Shown: in pieces, positions 12,380-25,086 of the stretch
Position numbering within the stretch: position 1 is the stretch's first letter
How the letters are laid out: every line of letters starts with the position of its first letter
Assembly: GCA_964270895.1 (NCBI GenBank)
Contig: OZ185443.1
Strand: one strand, 5' to 3'
Source of the DNA: Podarcis filfolensis
Taxonomy: Eukaryota
Length of the DNA stretch: 64,000 nucleotides
Position numbers and translations under genes: made by a program
The notes under the pieces: generated by a model
Told to the model about the DNA's origin: nothing
The model's database searches: none
Seen by the model: the letters and a program-made list of their open reading frames with translations, nothing else

Positions 12380-12720
12380 AGTCATGTGGGAGTGCAGCTG
12401 GAAAGGTGCACATTACAGTTTTTGGCCTCAATATGTTGGAGTGCAGGACCAGCAGCATAGACTCTTTGCTATGCCTTAGGCTTGAAGTCCAACGTTGACA
12501 TAAAGATGTGATTCTGTGTTCTTGGGATACACAGAGAGGTTGCACGAGGGAGAAGACTTGACAGCAACTAAGGCTAAAACTTGGGCTTAGATAGGCATGT
12601 AGTAGATCCAAAAGTGTGTTTAGGTGAGCCGGCATGATGACCAATGAGAGGAGGTTAAAATGAGGAAATGAAAGGGGATTGGATAAATTCCAGCGTGGCA
12701 TTGGGGAGGGGTTACAGGAG
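12380..12720 (-). mobile_element. Old L2 LINE 3' fragment
   Basis: Minus strand carries a degenerate RAFSxAxPxLW-like segment (agagtctatgctgctggtcctgcactcc) with L2-like upstream sequence; highly diverged. Confidence 0.4.
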
Positions 12721-12905
12721 AGAAGACCCAGTAATATGTCAGGGAAGGTTCTGCTAAGATGTAGACTGGGGCATGTAAACAAGGATGATTCAACTGGAAG
12801 ATTTATCTTATAGATGCTCTTTCTGAATGTATTTATCTTTCAAGAACAATAACTATACCAACTGTCTTCCTGGTGACTCATGCTGTTTTTCTTGCATATG
12901 CCTAG

Positions 12906-13319
12906 TGTTCATCAGTATGTGGATGATACCCAGCTCTACCTCTCTTTCAAATCAGAACCAGTGAAGGCGGTGAGTGTCTGGAGGCGGTTGGAGGATGGAT
13001 GGTGGCTAACAGATTGAGGTTGAATCCTGACAAGACAGAAGTACTGTTTTGGGGGGACAGGAGGTGGGCAGGTGTGGAGGACACCATGGTCCTGAATGGG
13101 GTAACTCTGCCCCTGAAAGACCAGGTGCGCAGCCTGGGAGTCATTTTGGACTCACAGCTGTCCATGGAGGTACAGGTCAATTCTGTGTCTAGGGCAGCTG
13201 TTTGCCAGCTCCATCTGGTACGCAGGCTGAGACCCTATCTGCCTGCAGACTGTCTCGCCAGAGTGGTGCATGCTCTAGTTATCTCTCACTTGGACTACTG
13301 CAATGCACTCTATGTGGGA
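12906..13319 (+). mobile_element. L2 (CR1-group) LINE reverse transcriptase fragment
   Basis: HQYVDDTQLYLSF (YADD-type catalytic motif), then NRLRLNPDKTEVL...VRSLGVILDSQLSM...LVISHLDYCNALYVG (ORF 12999-13352). Confidence 0.92.
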
Positions 13320-15837
13320 ACCTGGACTCCTCACAGCTGCCCTCATTGCTGAAGCCTCACTTACTGGGGTTGAGTTGTGGGAGCTTCCAGCAAGTTCTCA
13401 TGAGAACTTTCTGGAAGCCGCTGCCATGACACCCTAGTGAAAGGAATGGGTGGGGCGCTGCGGGATTCTGTCACCTGAGACAGCTGCTTCCGCCTGCCTA
13501 ATGGGTAGGCCATTTCTATCTGCATCTATATTTGTGTAAAATTTCTGGTTTATGGACAAAGTTTGTGTCTGGAGCTCAGTGCAGGGGCTTTTAGATGCAT
13601 AAACCATCATTTGGTGACCTTTTGATTACCCATCATTTTGCCTTATTATCGTTATTGCAACCTGGTAGTCCATCAATCAACTTCCTGGATACTCATGACC
13701 TCACTGACAAGAAGGCCAAGCACAGAGAAATCAACTACAAGACTGGATGTAACTTCAAGAAAGAATGGTCATTCCCATGTTCCTGTGCTTTAGCCAAAGC
13801 ACTCTTTGGTTTGCCCCAAACACAAAATGGAAGCTAACAGCAAAAGCCTTGTAACAGCATTTCCATTCATGAAGGTTGGTTTTGCGTGTTATTTTACTAG
13901 TACATCCATGCATGCGTGAAAAATAGTAAAACACCACACACAAAAGGATCTTGATGCAATCACATGTATGTACAATTGCTTTTCCTTTTCCTTTTGCAGT
14001 GTTTTATCACAGCAAAATAGACAAGGAAAGACTCACAAATGCGTGATAGGAACTCAAAGAGGCAGCAGATTCCACATGTACTACATTCAATTCAAAATTT
14101 AAAGGGGGGCAAAAAGAACAATGAAGGATTCCTAATGCATCAGTTCCACTTTGGAAACAAGATGAGATAATTCAGAACTACAGGGAAACTCCTGGATGAG
14201 AAGATCACTGAAAGCATCACAAGTTACTAGCAGCCTCTCTTGCCAAAGTGTTCATAATTCAGATTATTCATAATGCATCACAGCTCTTGTGCATAAGGAC
14301 TCTTTTGTAAGTCAAAGCAGTTAGTCATACAAGTTCTCTGGAGAAATGTTAAGGCACCAAGAGAGAAAGCAAACAGGTAGGTAGTCTAGGTTTATTCTAT
14401 GTCCTTCAGCTGGTTGTGATGGTTTTTTCCCCTCCACTGTAGTCAGAATCAGCAGTTGCTTGCTTCTGAAGTTAGAAAAGTAGATATATTCAGTATTCAG
14501 AGGAGAAGCATGGAGAGAGGATGTAATGCAGTTGACAAGTAAGGAATCTGTTTTTGCAGAAGCTGCCTAGATACTTTTAAAAGAACTTTTGGACACCAGA
14601 GAGAATATCTCACGCTGGGCTTTCACATCATTAATCATGCTAGAGGTGGCTATTGGTAATGACAAGCTGCAAATCTGTCCCGCTGATTATTCTTCTATCT
14701 CCAAGTTTTAAAAGTAGAGTTTGACTGACATTCGTAATAGCCTCTCCTCCTTGCTCATATACACTGCTTCTAAGTCTCTGGTACTAAGCACACTCTATTT
14801 TTGGCCTCCCTAATCCCAATTTCCATTTTTCCTCCATCTGCCTCAAAAAGCACTAGCTGAAGACCAGCGATTTTTACAGAAGGAGTGAAAGGCACCTCTT
14901 ACCCAATGAATGCATGAAACGGCTGGCTCTCCGAGCTGGCTGTAACTACCTTGGCGGTGGGAAACAATGTTCTACATAACTGCACAGGCAGCAAAGTGAA
15001 TAATGAAATCCACAGCTTTTATGAAAACCTCAAGGACGGAGATAGGATTTTCTCCCTCCACTCTATCATCATTCCAGATGAACTATCAGCTTATGGACTT
15101 AATATGGTAAAATCTGTAATTATCTAATTGCTTCTAAGGCTGGAGAAGCAAGCTGGCTCACACTTTGCTTTGAACTAGTTAAGCGTGAGGCCTGCTTCCG
15201 CTTGAAATTGCCTGCCTGGCATCTCTTTTCATTCTCTACATTTGCAAAGAAATCAAACATGGGGAAATAATGCCTTACAGCCTGAGGGCCACATTTCCTT
15301 CTGAGCAACCTTCCAGGGGCCACATGCCAATGATAGGCAGAACCCAGAGGCAAAAGTGGGCAGGGCAATGAATGTGAAGTTTGTCTTTGTACAATAGGGC
15401 AGGTTCTACACATGCTCACTTGCCCATCTCTACCATCCATCCAGGGAAGCAAGAGGCATGATTATAGTTCAAGGACACATTCCAGCCCAGCAAAAGCACA
15501 CAAGGAGGGCATGCAGCAAGACCAGTCAGTGGTGCAAGGTCTGACTGAGGAGAATCCTGAGCACCAGATACAGAGGCTTGAGTGAGGGACACTTTTGGCC
15601 CCTGGCTCTGAGGTTCTCCATCCTGGAAACAGAAGGTGACACTGGAGCTACAAGGAAAGGAGTGGATGAAGAACTGCTGTGCTCTTCTGTGTCCCAGTAG
15701 TAGTTGTGACTTTTTTGCTTACCATAAAAGCAAACTGCTGGAGAAACTGCCTGCCCATAAAAGCAACTGCTGGAGAAATGGCCCAGAAGTTGGCTTTTCA
15801 GAAAGGAAGGCACAGTATCATTAGACTTCTCTCCTTC

Positions 15838-16424
15838 AAATAATAATAATAATAATAAATTTTTATTTATACCCCGCCCTTCCCTGTTCAGAAAACCAGG
15901 CTCAGGGCAGCTAACAACAAATTTAAAACACTTAATTGTGATACAACAAAAAACAGCACAAAATATAGTATAAAAGTGTGAATAACAATAAATTCAAATC
16001 CTAAAATCAATTTAGGGGAAATCCATCCAATAAACATTAGATGATCACCAGGGCTAGCTGGCTAAATTAGTCCTATTTGGGCCAGCAAGGAGGCCAGGGG
16101 AGAATTAGCTGTGGGATCCCAGAGCGGGTAATCTTCATAAAAAGGGGAGGGGGAGGGAAGGAAGGGGAATAAAAGATCAGGCTATATTCAAATTGAAAGC
16201 AAGGCGGAATAGCTCTGTCTTACAGGCCCTGCTGAAGGAGGTTAAATCATGCAGGGCCCTGGTCTCATGGGACAGAGCATTCCACCAGGTCAGAGCCATC
16301 ACTGAGAAGGCCCTGGCCCTGGTGAAGGATAATCTGACTTCCTTAGGGCCCGGGACCTCTAAACTATGATTATTCATGGACCTTAAGGTCCTCTGCGGGG
16401 CATACCAGGAGAGGTGGTCGTGTA
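15838..16424 (-). mobile_element. L2 LINE 3' end with 3'UTR and (ATT)n tail
   Basis: ORF 16177-16377 reads EVPGPKEVRLSFTRARAFSVMALTWWNALSHETRALHDLTSFSRACKTELFRLAF*; the tail appears as (aat)n at 15838-15859. Confidence 0.85.
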
Positions 16425-18849
16425 AATGGAAGACAATCTTATGTTCCTTACTGAAAGGAAAACTATACTTGACATTATCTCATGATAATGACAGCATCAG
16501 AAATAATTGGGATTGAGTAGAAATAATTGGGATGAAACTCAGTCTACATGTATAATGTCCCAAGCTTTCAAATGTTTTCTATAACCTGAACTCTTTAGCT
16601 CACTCTTTATGAATGCTACCAAATTTTCATTTGTTTGAATGCGAGTCTCCTGTGAAGCTTTCAAAAACCCATGTACCTGTAGTCTCTAGTACTACTTGGA
16701 GCAAGTCCTTTAACATCTTCAGATGAGGGGATATACTTTCATCTATTTACCAATATTAATGTTTTTTTCATTATTCAGAGGCATCTTTGTAGCCAATGGA
16801 GTTTGCCTCAAGACAAATTTTGGAAGGTTTTACAAAATAAATTTCCTCCTTCAATGTGAGTTTAGAAGGGTTGACAACTGAACTATAAAGAGATTTTCAG
16901 ATCTGAGTGAGTTTCCAGAGGCACCAACAATATTTTCACACTTAAAAGCAGCAATGTATTTGATACACATTCCTCATACTGAAAAGGAGCAATGTATTTG
17001 AGGCAGATTCCTTACATGCTGTTACACCATATTTCCCACTCTCTGTTTTAAAGTGAGGTCTGTTATTACTGCACATTTTGTAAATCAGTTGACTCCTTCT
17101 AACACCCCACTCCCACACACAGACACAAACTTTGTCCATTATTTTTGGTAGCCTTGGATATGGCTATGTTGTTACTGCCCAATGATCATTTATGCACAAA
17201 ATGCAGGAAGCTCTTTCCTTCAAATGCTAAAAATTCTCTTTCAGAAACCACTTGCCTCCAGCCAAGAATCAGAAAAGAAAGAGATCAGGGTTTCTTTTTA
17301 TTGTGCTTCTTCCCTTGAAAGACTCTGAATAGCCTGCATTGAAATATATTCTATTGAAACTATTTAGGTTTCCGTGGTGGAAATGTTCACTCAATCTCCT
17401 CCACAGAATATTGATAGTCTTTCTCTTTTTTATTTTGTGAAAGGGAGGCAGCAACTAAAGAATATATTTCAATTTCCCAGATGGAATACATAATTTCAAA
17501 AGGTTTCTTGTGGCACTTTTCCCCCTCAGTATTCGCATTGCTCTTTTTAAAGTTTTGATTAAGGGGCACACCTTTTACAATAGGAGGCAAAATGTACACT
17601 TGAGAAGCTACAGCTTTTGAATTGCACTTGGAAAGAAAGGGCAGCTAAGACGAATGAATTAGACGCCTTTTAAAGTATATTTTGTGTGAGTGCCTATCTA
17701 AAGTCTTTCAGGGACCACATACCAATCCATGGAAACAACCTGTGAGTAAGAGCTGCCCTATGTGTGGATGACTCTCATTGAGTGGAGAGATTTTGCTCAC
17801 CACCAGTTGCTTCTGGTGACAGACTGTAGCACGGAAAAATCTCTGTCAAGAGTAGAACTCTGCATAGTGGCATTGTCTGTGCTCTCCATTAGGTATGGAG
17901 AACCTTTTTTGGGCTGACGTCCACATGACCTGGCTGAAAAACTGATGGGTGTTGCATTGCAGTAATGCATAAGGCCATACCCACATGCATCCACCCTCAA
18001 CACACACAAACATACAAAGCTATTTTTCATGGAATATGTTTATTTCTTAGGAGCTTCACACTGATATCACCTTCTATTTTCTCCTCATGCTTGAAGAAAA
18101 AAAAATCTCCACAAACTCAAATGATAACATACTGTTACAAAAATTGGAAGCCACCCCCCACAGGGCCATAGGCATCTCAAGAGGGGCTTGTTCCTCATAG
18201 CAGTGCAGCACTGGAGCCCAAAGCATCTCATCCAACCTGCCTTCAGCAGCCTGCCTGAGATGGATCTCTTTTCTCTCCTCCTCCTTCTTTTTCTTCTTCT
18301 TTCTCCTCCTAGCACACCTTGTTCAAGACTCTCTTTCCCTGTCACCTCACCCCCTCCCCATCACCTTGGCAACCCCTGTCTTAGATGGGCCATCAGCACC
18401 CTTTGTCATGTTAACGGCTTTGCTCTTCACTAGGCTGGCCAGGTTGGTTTGCATAAGCCAGCTCAGGGTTTCCTTGTCTAGCACAGTTCTGCAGTGAGTA
18501 TTTTCATGCATATCCCAAATAATCAAAATTCTACCATTTATTAATTTCCTGGGTTTAGCAGGGTCCTCCCTATAACACCATGCAGTTGCAAAATTCATGA
18601 TTCAGCTATGTATGCTGTGAAACATCTGCTATGGTTCTTGTGGTGGCAGTTAACAGTTGCCATCCAAGTTTGCTGAATGGAAAAATGGATACAATTTTTG
18701 TGGGTCCTGGCAAGCTCCTGCTCAGGCAAAACACTATAGGAAATGGAAATCAGAGATACTACTCAGCAATGTGCATGGTCATGTCTAGGTTGCCATCAAA
18801 TCTGGAGTGTCCTTCTCAAGTAGAACATACATTATATAGTCTAATGTAG

Positions 18850-19228
18850 GTGTCATTAAATCTTCCAGTTTTGGATTCTCTCGATTTCTCATTTTCCCAG
18901 TCTAAAGTGCAGTTCTCCACATTTCCAAATCAGTTTGAAGTGCTTTTTAAAGTTCTCTTGAAAATTCATCGGTATCTTAGTGCAAATTTCTCCTAATACA
19001 CCAATGTTTCAATGCAATTCAATAAACACATATATGCACACTTTACCCTGAGGTATGCATTTTTTTTCATTCAAATTGCTTGTCTGGAGAACTTCACTGC
19101 AAAATTCAGAGAAGTGCAGATGTCAAAGTATGATCGTGCTTTGGTTCATGTATTGTTTCAGAAAAACTGAATTAGGTAGATTCGCCTTCAAATGCAAACT
19201 AAATCAAATTTCTCCCCCACCCCAGTCT
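18850..19228. repeat. Unclassified squamate interspersed repeat
   Basis: Characteristic end gtagattcgccttcaaatgcaaactaaatcaaatttctccccc. Related segments are apparent near 21.3, 46.7 and 54.5-54.8 kb. Confidence 0.4.
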
Positions 19229-19234
19229 AAATCT

Positions 19235-19358
19235 GGGGCAGCCAAAGTGGTGCCCTCCATATCTTGATAGATGACAACTTCCATCACCCCTGAACATTGA
19301 CCATGCTGGAATTGATAGCAGTTGGAGCTCAGCGGCATCAGGTGGACACCCTGTTGGT
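19235..19358. repeat. Short palindromic squamate repeat
   Basis: ggtgccctccatatc...gacaacttccatcacc...gcagttggagctc...ggacaccctgttgg; same family as 11381-11502. Confidence 0.5.
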
Positions 19359-19589
19359 CTACTCTGGTCTAGATAATTTTGATGTGATTACTGAATATTT
19401 TCTATAGGGCTTCGTACATCCTTATGCAGAATCTCAGGAATTGCTGAAGTGCAGTAGTTGGGGTTTTTTTTTTTTTTTTGCATGGCCTGTTAGCCTCTAG
19501 ATATACTAAGAAATTAATTATAAAGAAATTAATGGCATATACCTCCAAATTAATCCCTTTAAGACAAATGTGTAAAATTGAAAGTTAGC

Positions 19590-19662
19590 TTAACTGAGAG
19601 TAAACCCGACTGAATTCAGTAGGATTTGCTCCTGAGTACACACAGTTAGGATTGCGGCCTAA
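19590..19662. repeat. Old short squamate repeat (gagtaaacc..ttgaattcagt...taggattgc family)
   Basis: Related degenerate copies lie near 7510-7557, 32050-32105, 43540-43610, 56645-56790 and 60080-60158. Confidence 0.45.
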
Positions 19663-21999
19663 GTCTGAAGAAGTGGAGGTCTCTAGATTTCAGGAGAGGT
19701 CTAAAATGTGATTAATGTACTATTTCCTGGGTAAACTATTCTTTTTGGCAATTGTTTTTTTCTAAATAAAACTACAAATTATCCTATCATCTGTTTTAAA
19801 ATGACAAATCTGATGCTTTAAAAAAGAGAGAGATGGAGAGGTGCCAGCTGTGGTGGGAAACTCTCTACTTCACAATGAAATCTCCTTCCCAGTCACGGGG
19901 GATCTTTCTAGTCTTACTCGCTATGTAAGAACTCACTATTGAAAGAACAGTCTGTCTATTACAAGGGTTATATTACTAAAATGTGATTTATATGTAAATG
20001 CCAGTGACCTGATTTTCTTCTTGAAATAGTCTATATAGCTGCTTTTGGATGGGTGAGGTGTGCCTGTGTGTTTTGTGTTTTGCAAACCTAGCCATAGCTA
20101 TCAAGCTAAGATGTCCTCTAGTGGCAGTGCGTGGGTTTGGTTGAACAAGGCTTGTGGAGTTATATATTTGAATCAAAGTTGGGAGTTTAACTTGGGGTCC
20201 GTACTCTTGGGATTCAAAAAAAGCTCCATCGAGATCTCTTTTTCTTTTATCTGTTTTCATCTTGCCTTCCTTGAAACCTTGCATCACAGAAAGACTGCAA
20301 GGAAAGGAAAGGACGGGTCTCCTGGCGGATCCTGTCTTATGTATTCAGCCAGAGGGCTTACTTTAAGTTACATGAGTCAAGAGATATTCTGTCTCCATAA
20401 GAAGTTAAGTGAGTTGTCAGGCCTGACCCCTGCTGACTGGGGAATGAGGGACCAACATCAGAATCATACAAGAAAGCTTTATTTCTGACATGTTTGGTGC
20501 AAGAAAGAGATTCATTAGAACAAAAATCCTCCCCCAGAAGCACTTACCTCAAGCAGGTACTTTTATACTCTAGCACATATTTGCTTGTGCTCCCTCCTGG
20601 TGTAACTTGTCCAATTTTTTAAAATAAAAAATACCAATTCCTTGCTCTAGAATAATAGAATTGTAGAGTTGTAAAGGACCCTGAGAATCATTTAGCAGGC
20701 ACCTCAACCATTGATATGAAGACTGAAAAGACTTTCCAAGGAAAAGTCAAACAGATTAGTGGAACAATGAAACACACATTACCTTTGTTTGTGGTTGTAC
20801 TTATGCTGACATTGTATCACTATCAGGGGTGTGAAGCAGATTTGGATTAATCCTAACACCTGAGCCAAAGGCAATGGCCTGTTGGCTATGCAAATAAAGT
20901 CTATTCTATTCTATTCTCACCTGAGCCAAAGAGTGGTGCATCACAAAAATTCTGGGCCTGTCCAAGGTGGACCAAGGTGGTCCAAGGATCTGTATTAGGT
21001 GCCAGTAATGGAAGTGGGGAACCTCCTCTCTCCCCAAGTTTCAGTGAGTTGGACAGCCAAAACATGCTACAGACATTAAATCACCTGTGTGTATGCTTTG
21101 TATATATCTCTTTTTTTGGGGGGGGGTGGAGTTATTCATTAATCTCTTCAACAGTAACAAAAGACACGACTTTTTTCTTAAGCATATTTTATATTTCATC
21201 ACAGCAGCTTGTAGCATTCTGAATGTTGACCCCCCCCCCCCACAAGGCTCCTTTAACTTGAACTGAGCTGTGAACTGAAAAGGGGATAAACGTGAACTGG
21301 ATTCATTCCTTTAGGGACATGTTTCAATTGAACAAAACCTAATTTATTTTTAAAATGAACTTTCCAAGTTCTGGTTGGCGCTAAACCCTAGTCTTTATAG
21401 GCTTGTACTGCATGTGATTGTGAAGCGTTTCCATCTGAATTTTAGCTGCCTGTAATAAGATTCTTGCAGCACTTTTTGAGAAAAACATTGTTTCATGTCT
21501 CGTGAATCCTTAACTGATGTGTCCACACAAAGGAAGGTCCCTTAAGATAAAAATCAGTCTGACAGTTTGATGGCTCTCGTTTTTGTTGATGTCTAAAAAA
21601 AACTACCTCAAGGGTTTATTTCTTGTGCTGACACCTAAATATTATCTAAGTTATGATGGACACTCTTAAATACTCTGTGGAGCCATCCACTTAACTCCCT
21701 TTTATCATAGTACTCCATCATGGCCCTATAATACATAATTTTGTTGCAGCTGGAGAGCCCTATATTAATTATGCTTCATGGCTATTAAAACCCAATCTTG
21801 TTCTGAGTCAGACGGTGGTCAAGGCTCATAAGCTTCACTGTCCTACATAACAAAAGGTGCTAGCCACCCGTTTAGGAAGGAGTAGGGACTGAATGCCGTC
21901 CCTTCCTGAACAGGACTGCACACTTGGTTTCTAATCCAGCAACAAGAGGCAGGTGTACAGCCACAGATAGTTAGAAATATGACCAAGCATTAGGGATTA

Positions 22000-22225
22000 C
22001 AGTGGTACATCAGGTTAAGTACTTAATTCGTTCCGGAGGTCTGTACTTAACCTGAAACTGTTCTTAGCCTGAAGCACCACTTTAACTAATGGGGCCTCCT
22101 GCTGCTGCCGTGCCGCCGGAGCCCGATTTCTGTTCTCATCCTGAAGCAAAGTTCTTAACCTGAAGCACTATTTCTGGGTTAGCGGAGTCTGTAACCTGAA
22201 GCGTATGTAACCTGAGGTACCCCTG
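22000..22225. mobile_element. Tc1/mariner-superfamily (Tigger/pogo-like) MITE
   Basis: TIRs cagtggtac(a/c)tcaggtta / taacctgaggtacccctg, TA at both sides (21998-21999, 22226-22227); a near-identical copy lies at 51420-51658. Confidence 0.9.
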
Positions 22226-25049
22226 TATTATACACCAGCACCTCTTGCCCAAATGTGTGTCCTGATTCAGTAGAGGAAATGAATAGGAAAATTTGAGCAC
22301 TTGGGGCAGTATTCTGTCATACAGTTCTTTTCTGCCACTTTCGTGAGTAAATCACAAGGAAACAAAGGGGGCGGGGTTGATATGTCAAATGACATCCACA
22401 GTTGTGTTATACCATGTCCTCTGGCAGGAGTGAAATTTACACAAGTGAAATTCATGACACAGCAGTATCTTGACATTTCCATTATGCAACAGATAATGCA
22501 GTGTGAACTGAACATTAGAAACCAGAACAGAAGTGCTGACATTCTAAGCAGGAAGCCTAATGCAATAACCCCCACTTCTGAATGCACTCTTAGTCTGATG
22601 GACTTTGACAAAAGCTTTTTGGAAGTCCAGATATAATGTGTATTTTATTCCAAGAATGGGGGATTTCATGATCTTGTAATGACAGGCTCCTGCTTAAAAA
22701 ATAAAGTCAGGGAATTAGAAATAATTTGCTTGTGCCATCATTTTAATAATGTTATACTTTTTTAATAAAAAAAAATCAAATCGTGAATAATTGAACTTTT
22801 TACACAGTCTGAGTTCACTTATAAAATCAAAGCTGTTAAACCTTTTAGCTTTATGACTTCTTGATAAATGTGGGCAGTCTTTGGGGTAATGTTTTCCTCC
22901 CCTCTTGCCTGAAACAAATTAATTCCAGGGCTAGGGCTGCAGATAAATTGTATGATATTTAGCTTTCAGAAAATACTCTTTTTCCAAATGGAAAATATTT
23001 GGCAGGCAGTTAAAGCTAAATGTAAAAAATATGATTCCCTGTTAGTTCCAAGATGCCATAAATCAAAACATAAAGCCCAAAACACCACACTTGTGCACTA
23101 GCATCTATTAGAACAACAGGACAGTACTGCAAATTATTTAAGAAAAATGAAACATTACAAGGCTTTTAAGTGTGGCAGGAGAAAGTTTTGTCCATGATAA
23201 CAGTTACGGGAATCTGGTGAAGTAGAGGGTGTAGCTGTGCCAACACATAGGGTGTTTTTTAAACAGTGGCTATAGAATTCCTGCTGTCATTCCCATCTTT
23301 ACAGTTAAAGACTCTAGTATTGAGCATAGAATATTGAAGAAGAGTTCTGTTAAGTATTGATCTGCAGTAGAGCATGTCATTTGATCCTGGACATCTTTGG
23401 CTGCCAGAACAATTTTTGGAATGGTATGAGGCTATCTCCCTTTGGCGGATTCTGATCCTGGGTTGGGGCACTTGTCAGATGGGGATGCAGCTTCCTGAAC
23501 GTGTTTGTGCAATGAGAACATTGTCAAGCTCCTACCCAGGCAATGATAAAAGGTGAGTACACTTGGGGTAGCATTGACAAAATGAGCCCCACTCTTGGCT
23601 TGGCTCAGGACTTAGCGTCTCAGAATGAGGAAATGAGATGGCAAAGCATCCAAGGTGGCAGACCACCAGGGATGTCAGAGGATTCTGACAAAAGCAGAAA
23701 AGGAGCAGAAATGGCAGATCTTTGCTTATCTGCCACATGTCTGGAATGGAAGTCAGTGCCACTGAATATGATCGGCATTCACTGATGTTGTTGCTTTCAG
23801 TCCGCAAATGATTTGCATTGTGCTTCCTTTGCACTGGAATGAATGGAGTGATGTAATGACAACATAATTTTGCCACAGTGGACAGCGAGATGCTGGAAGA
23901 TGAACTGCAGCGGAATGGAAACGATGGAGAATGATGCCTTCTTTCATCCCTACAGATCACACAATAGGTTTGTGGTGGTAGTGAGATGTGTGAAGGCACA
24001 GGGGTCATTAGCTCACACGTGCCAGCTGCTTCCATCTATACCTACCTCATATTTCAGGTCTTTCCTAACTCTTTCATAAAGACAAAAGGTGGTAAATAAA
24101 GTGTCTCTCCTCATGCCAAGAAAATCAGAGGCCCATAGAATACGGGTTTTTATTTCTTTAATAAAGGGAGCTACTGTTTAATAATATAAAATGAGTATAA
24201 AGGAAATCACACTGAAAGGCAGCAAGTGTATACAAGGATGCTGCTCACTTGAGACTCTAAAGCATTATAAGCTTTGGGATTTTCTGCACACAGAGAAGTA
24301 TAAATTATGGCTGACCAAAGCAAGTCTGCAAACATCTCACTGTGCTGAAACAACAAGCTGTTGAGAGAGGAGGGAGGAAATCCAATAAAAGAATGGAGTA
24401 ACTTTTAGCAGGCAATAAGTTATGATTTGATTCCTCACAAAATGTTTAAGGAAACCTGTTTTTGTGGCATTCTGCAGATTTGCCTTTCTTTTGCTAACTC
24501 TCAATGTGTGAACTTTTCCATTTAATCTGTCAACTCTGCTGTTCGTTCTGTAAAGTAAATACCTTTCTATAGAACCAAGGGCAAGATGTGAGAAGTTAAA
24601 AAGATAATATCGTTCTGTGCCATGGAATCAAAACCATTTGCATGGCAACAAGAAGTGTCCTGGCATTTGTTGTTGGGTGGTTTTTTTGGGGGGGGGCAGT
24701 GGCTGTTCCTAGCTCCTGCTCCTTCAGTTCAATAATACACAAACAGAAACAGGGTGCCGAATATGTAAAAATACCACAGTCTTCGAATGGAAGGTGCAGT
24801 GCTCTGTTGTTGAATGATCAGTCTCTTTCGTTGCTGTTAGCCTACTGCAAGGCACTCTGTGTGTGGTTCCACAATTATTTGATACATGGCAGCCCACAAT
24901 CTCTGTATTCATTATCATTCATTTTTAAAAGCCTTGACATCCATTTGTATTTCCCAAAAAGAAAATGAAATAATAATTTAATATACAAGGTAAAAAATAG
25001 ATATTTTGGTGAAATATCCCAACAACTATCTGTCTGCATAAAACAAGAC

Positions 25050-25051
<2 letters not shown>

Positions 25052-25080
<29 letters not shown>

Positions 25081-25086
25081 CAAAAC
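25052..25086. repeat. (CAAAA)n microsatellite
   Basis: Seen directly. Confidence 0.95.

Noticed and set aside
13650-13840. SINFLDT peptide suggesting a Penelope-type RT
   Set aside because: The downstream YRKPT-type motif is absent; the match is too short.
23374-24035. 167-aa minus ORF and a strong plus-strand donor (AAG|gtgagt at about 23553)
   Set aside because: No recognisable protein in any frame and no convincing matching acceptor.
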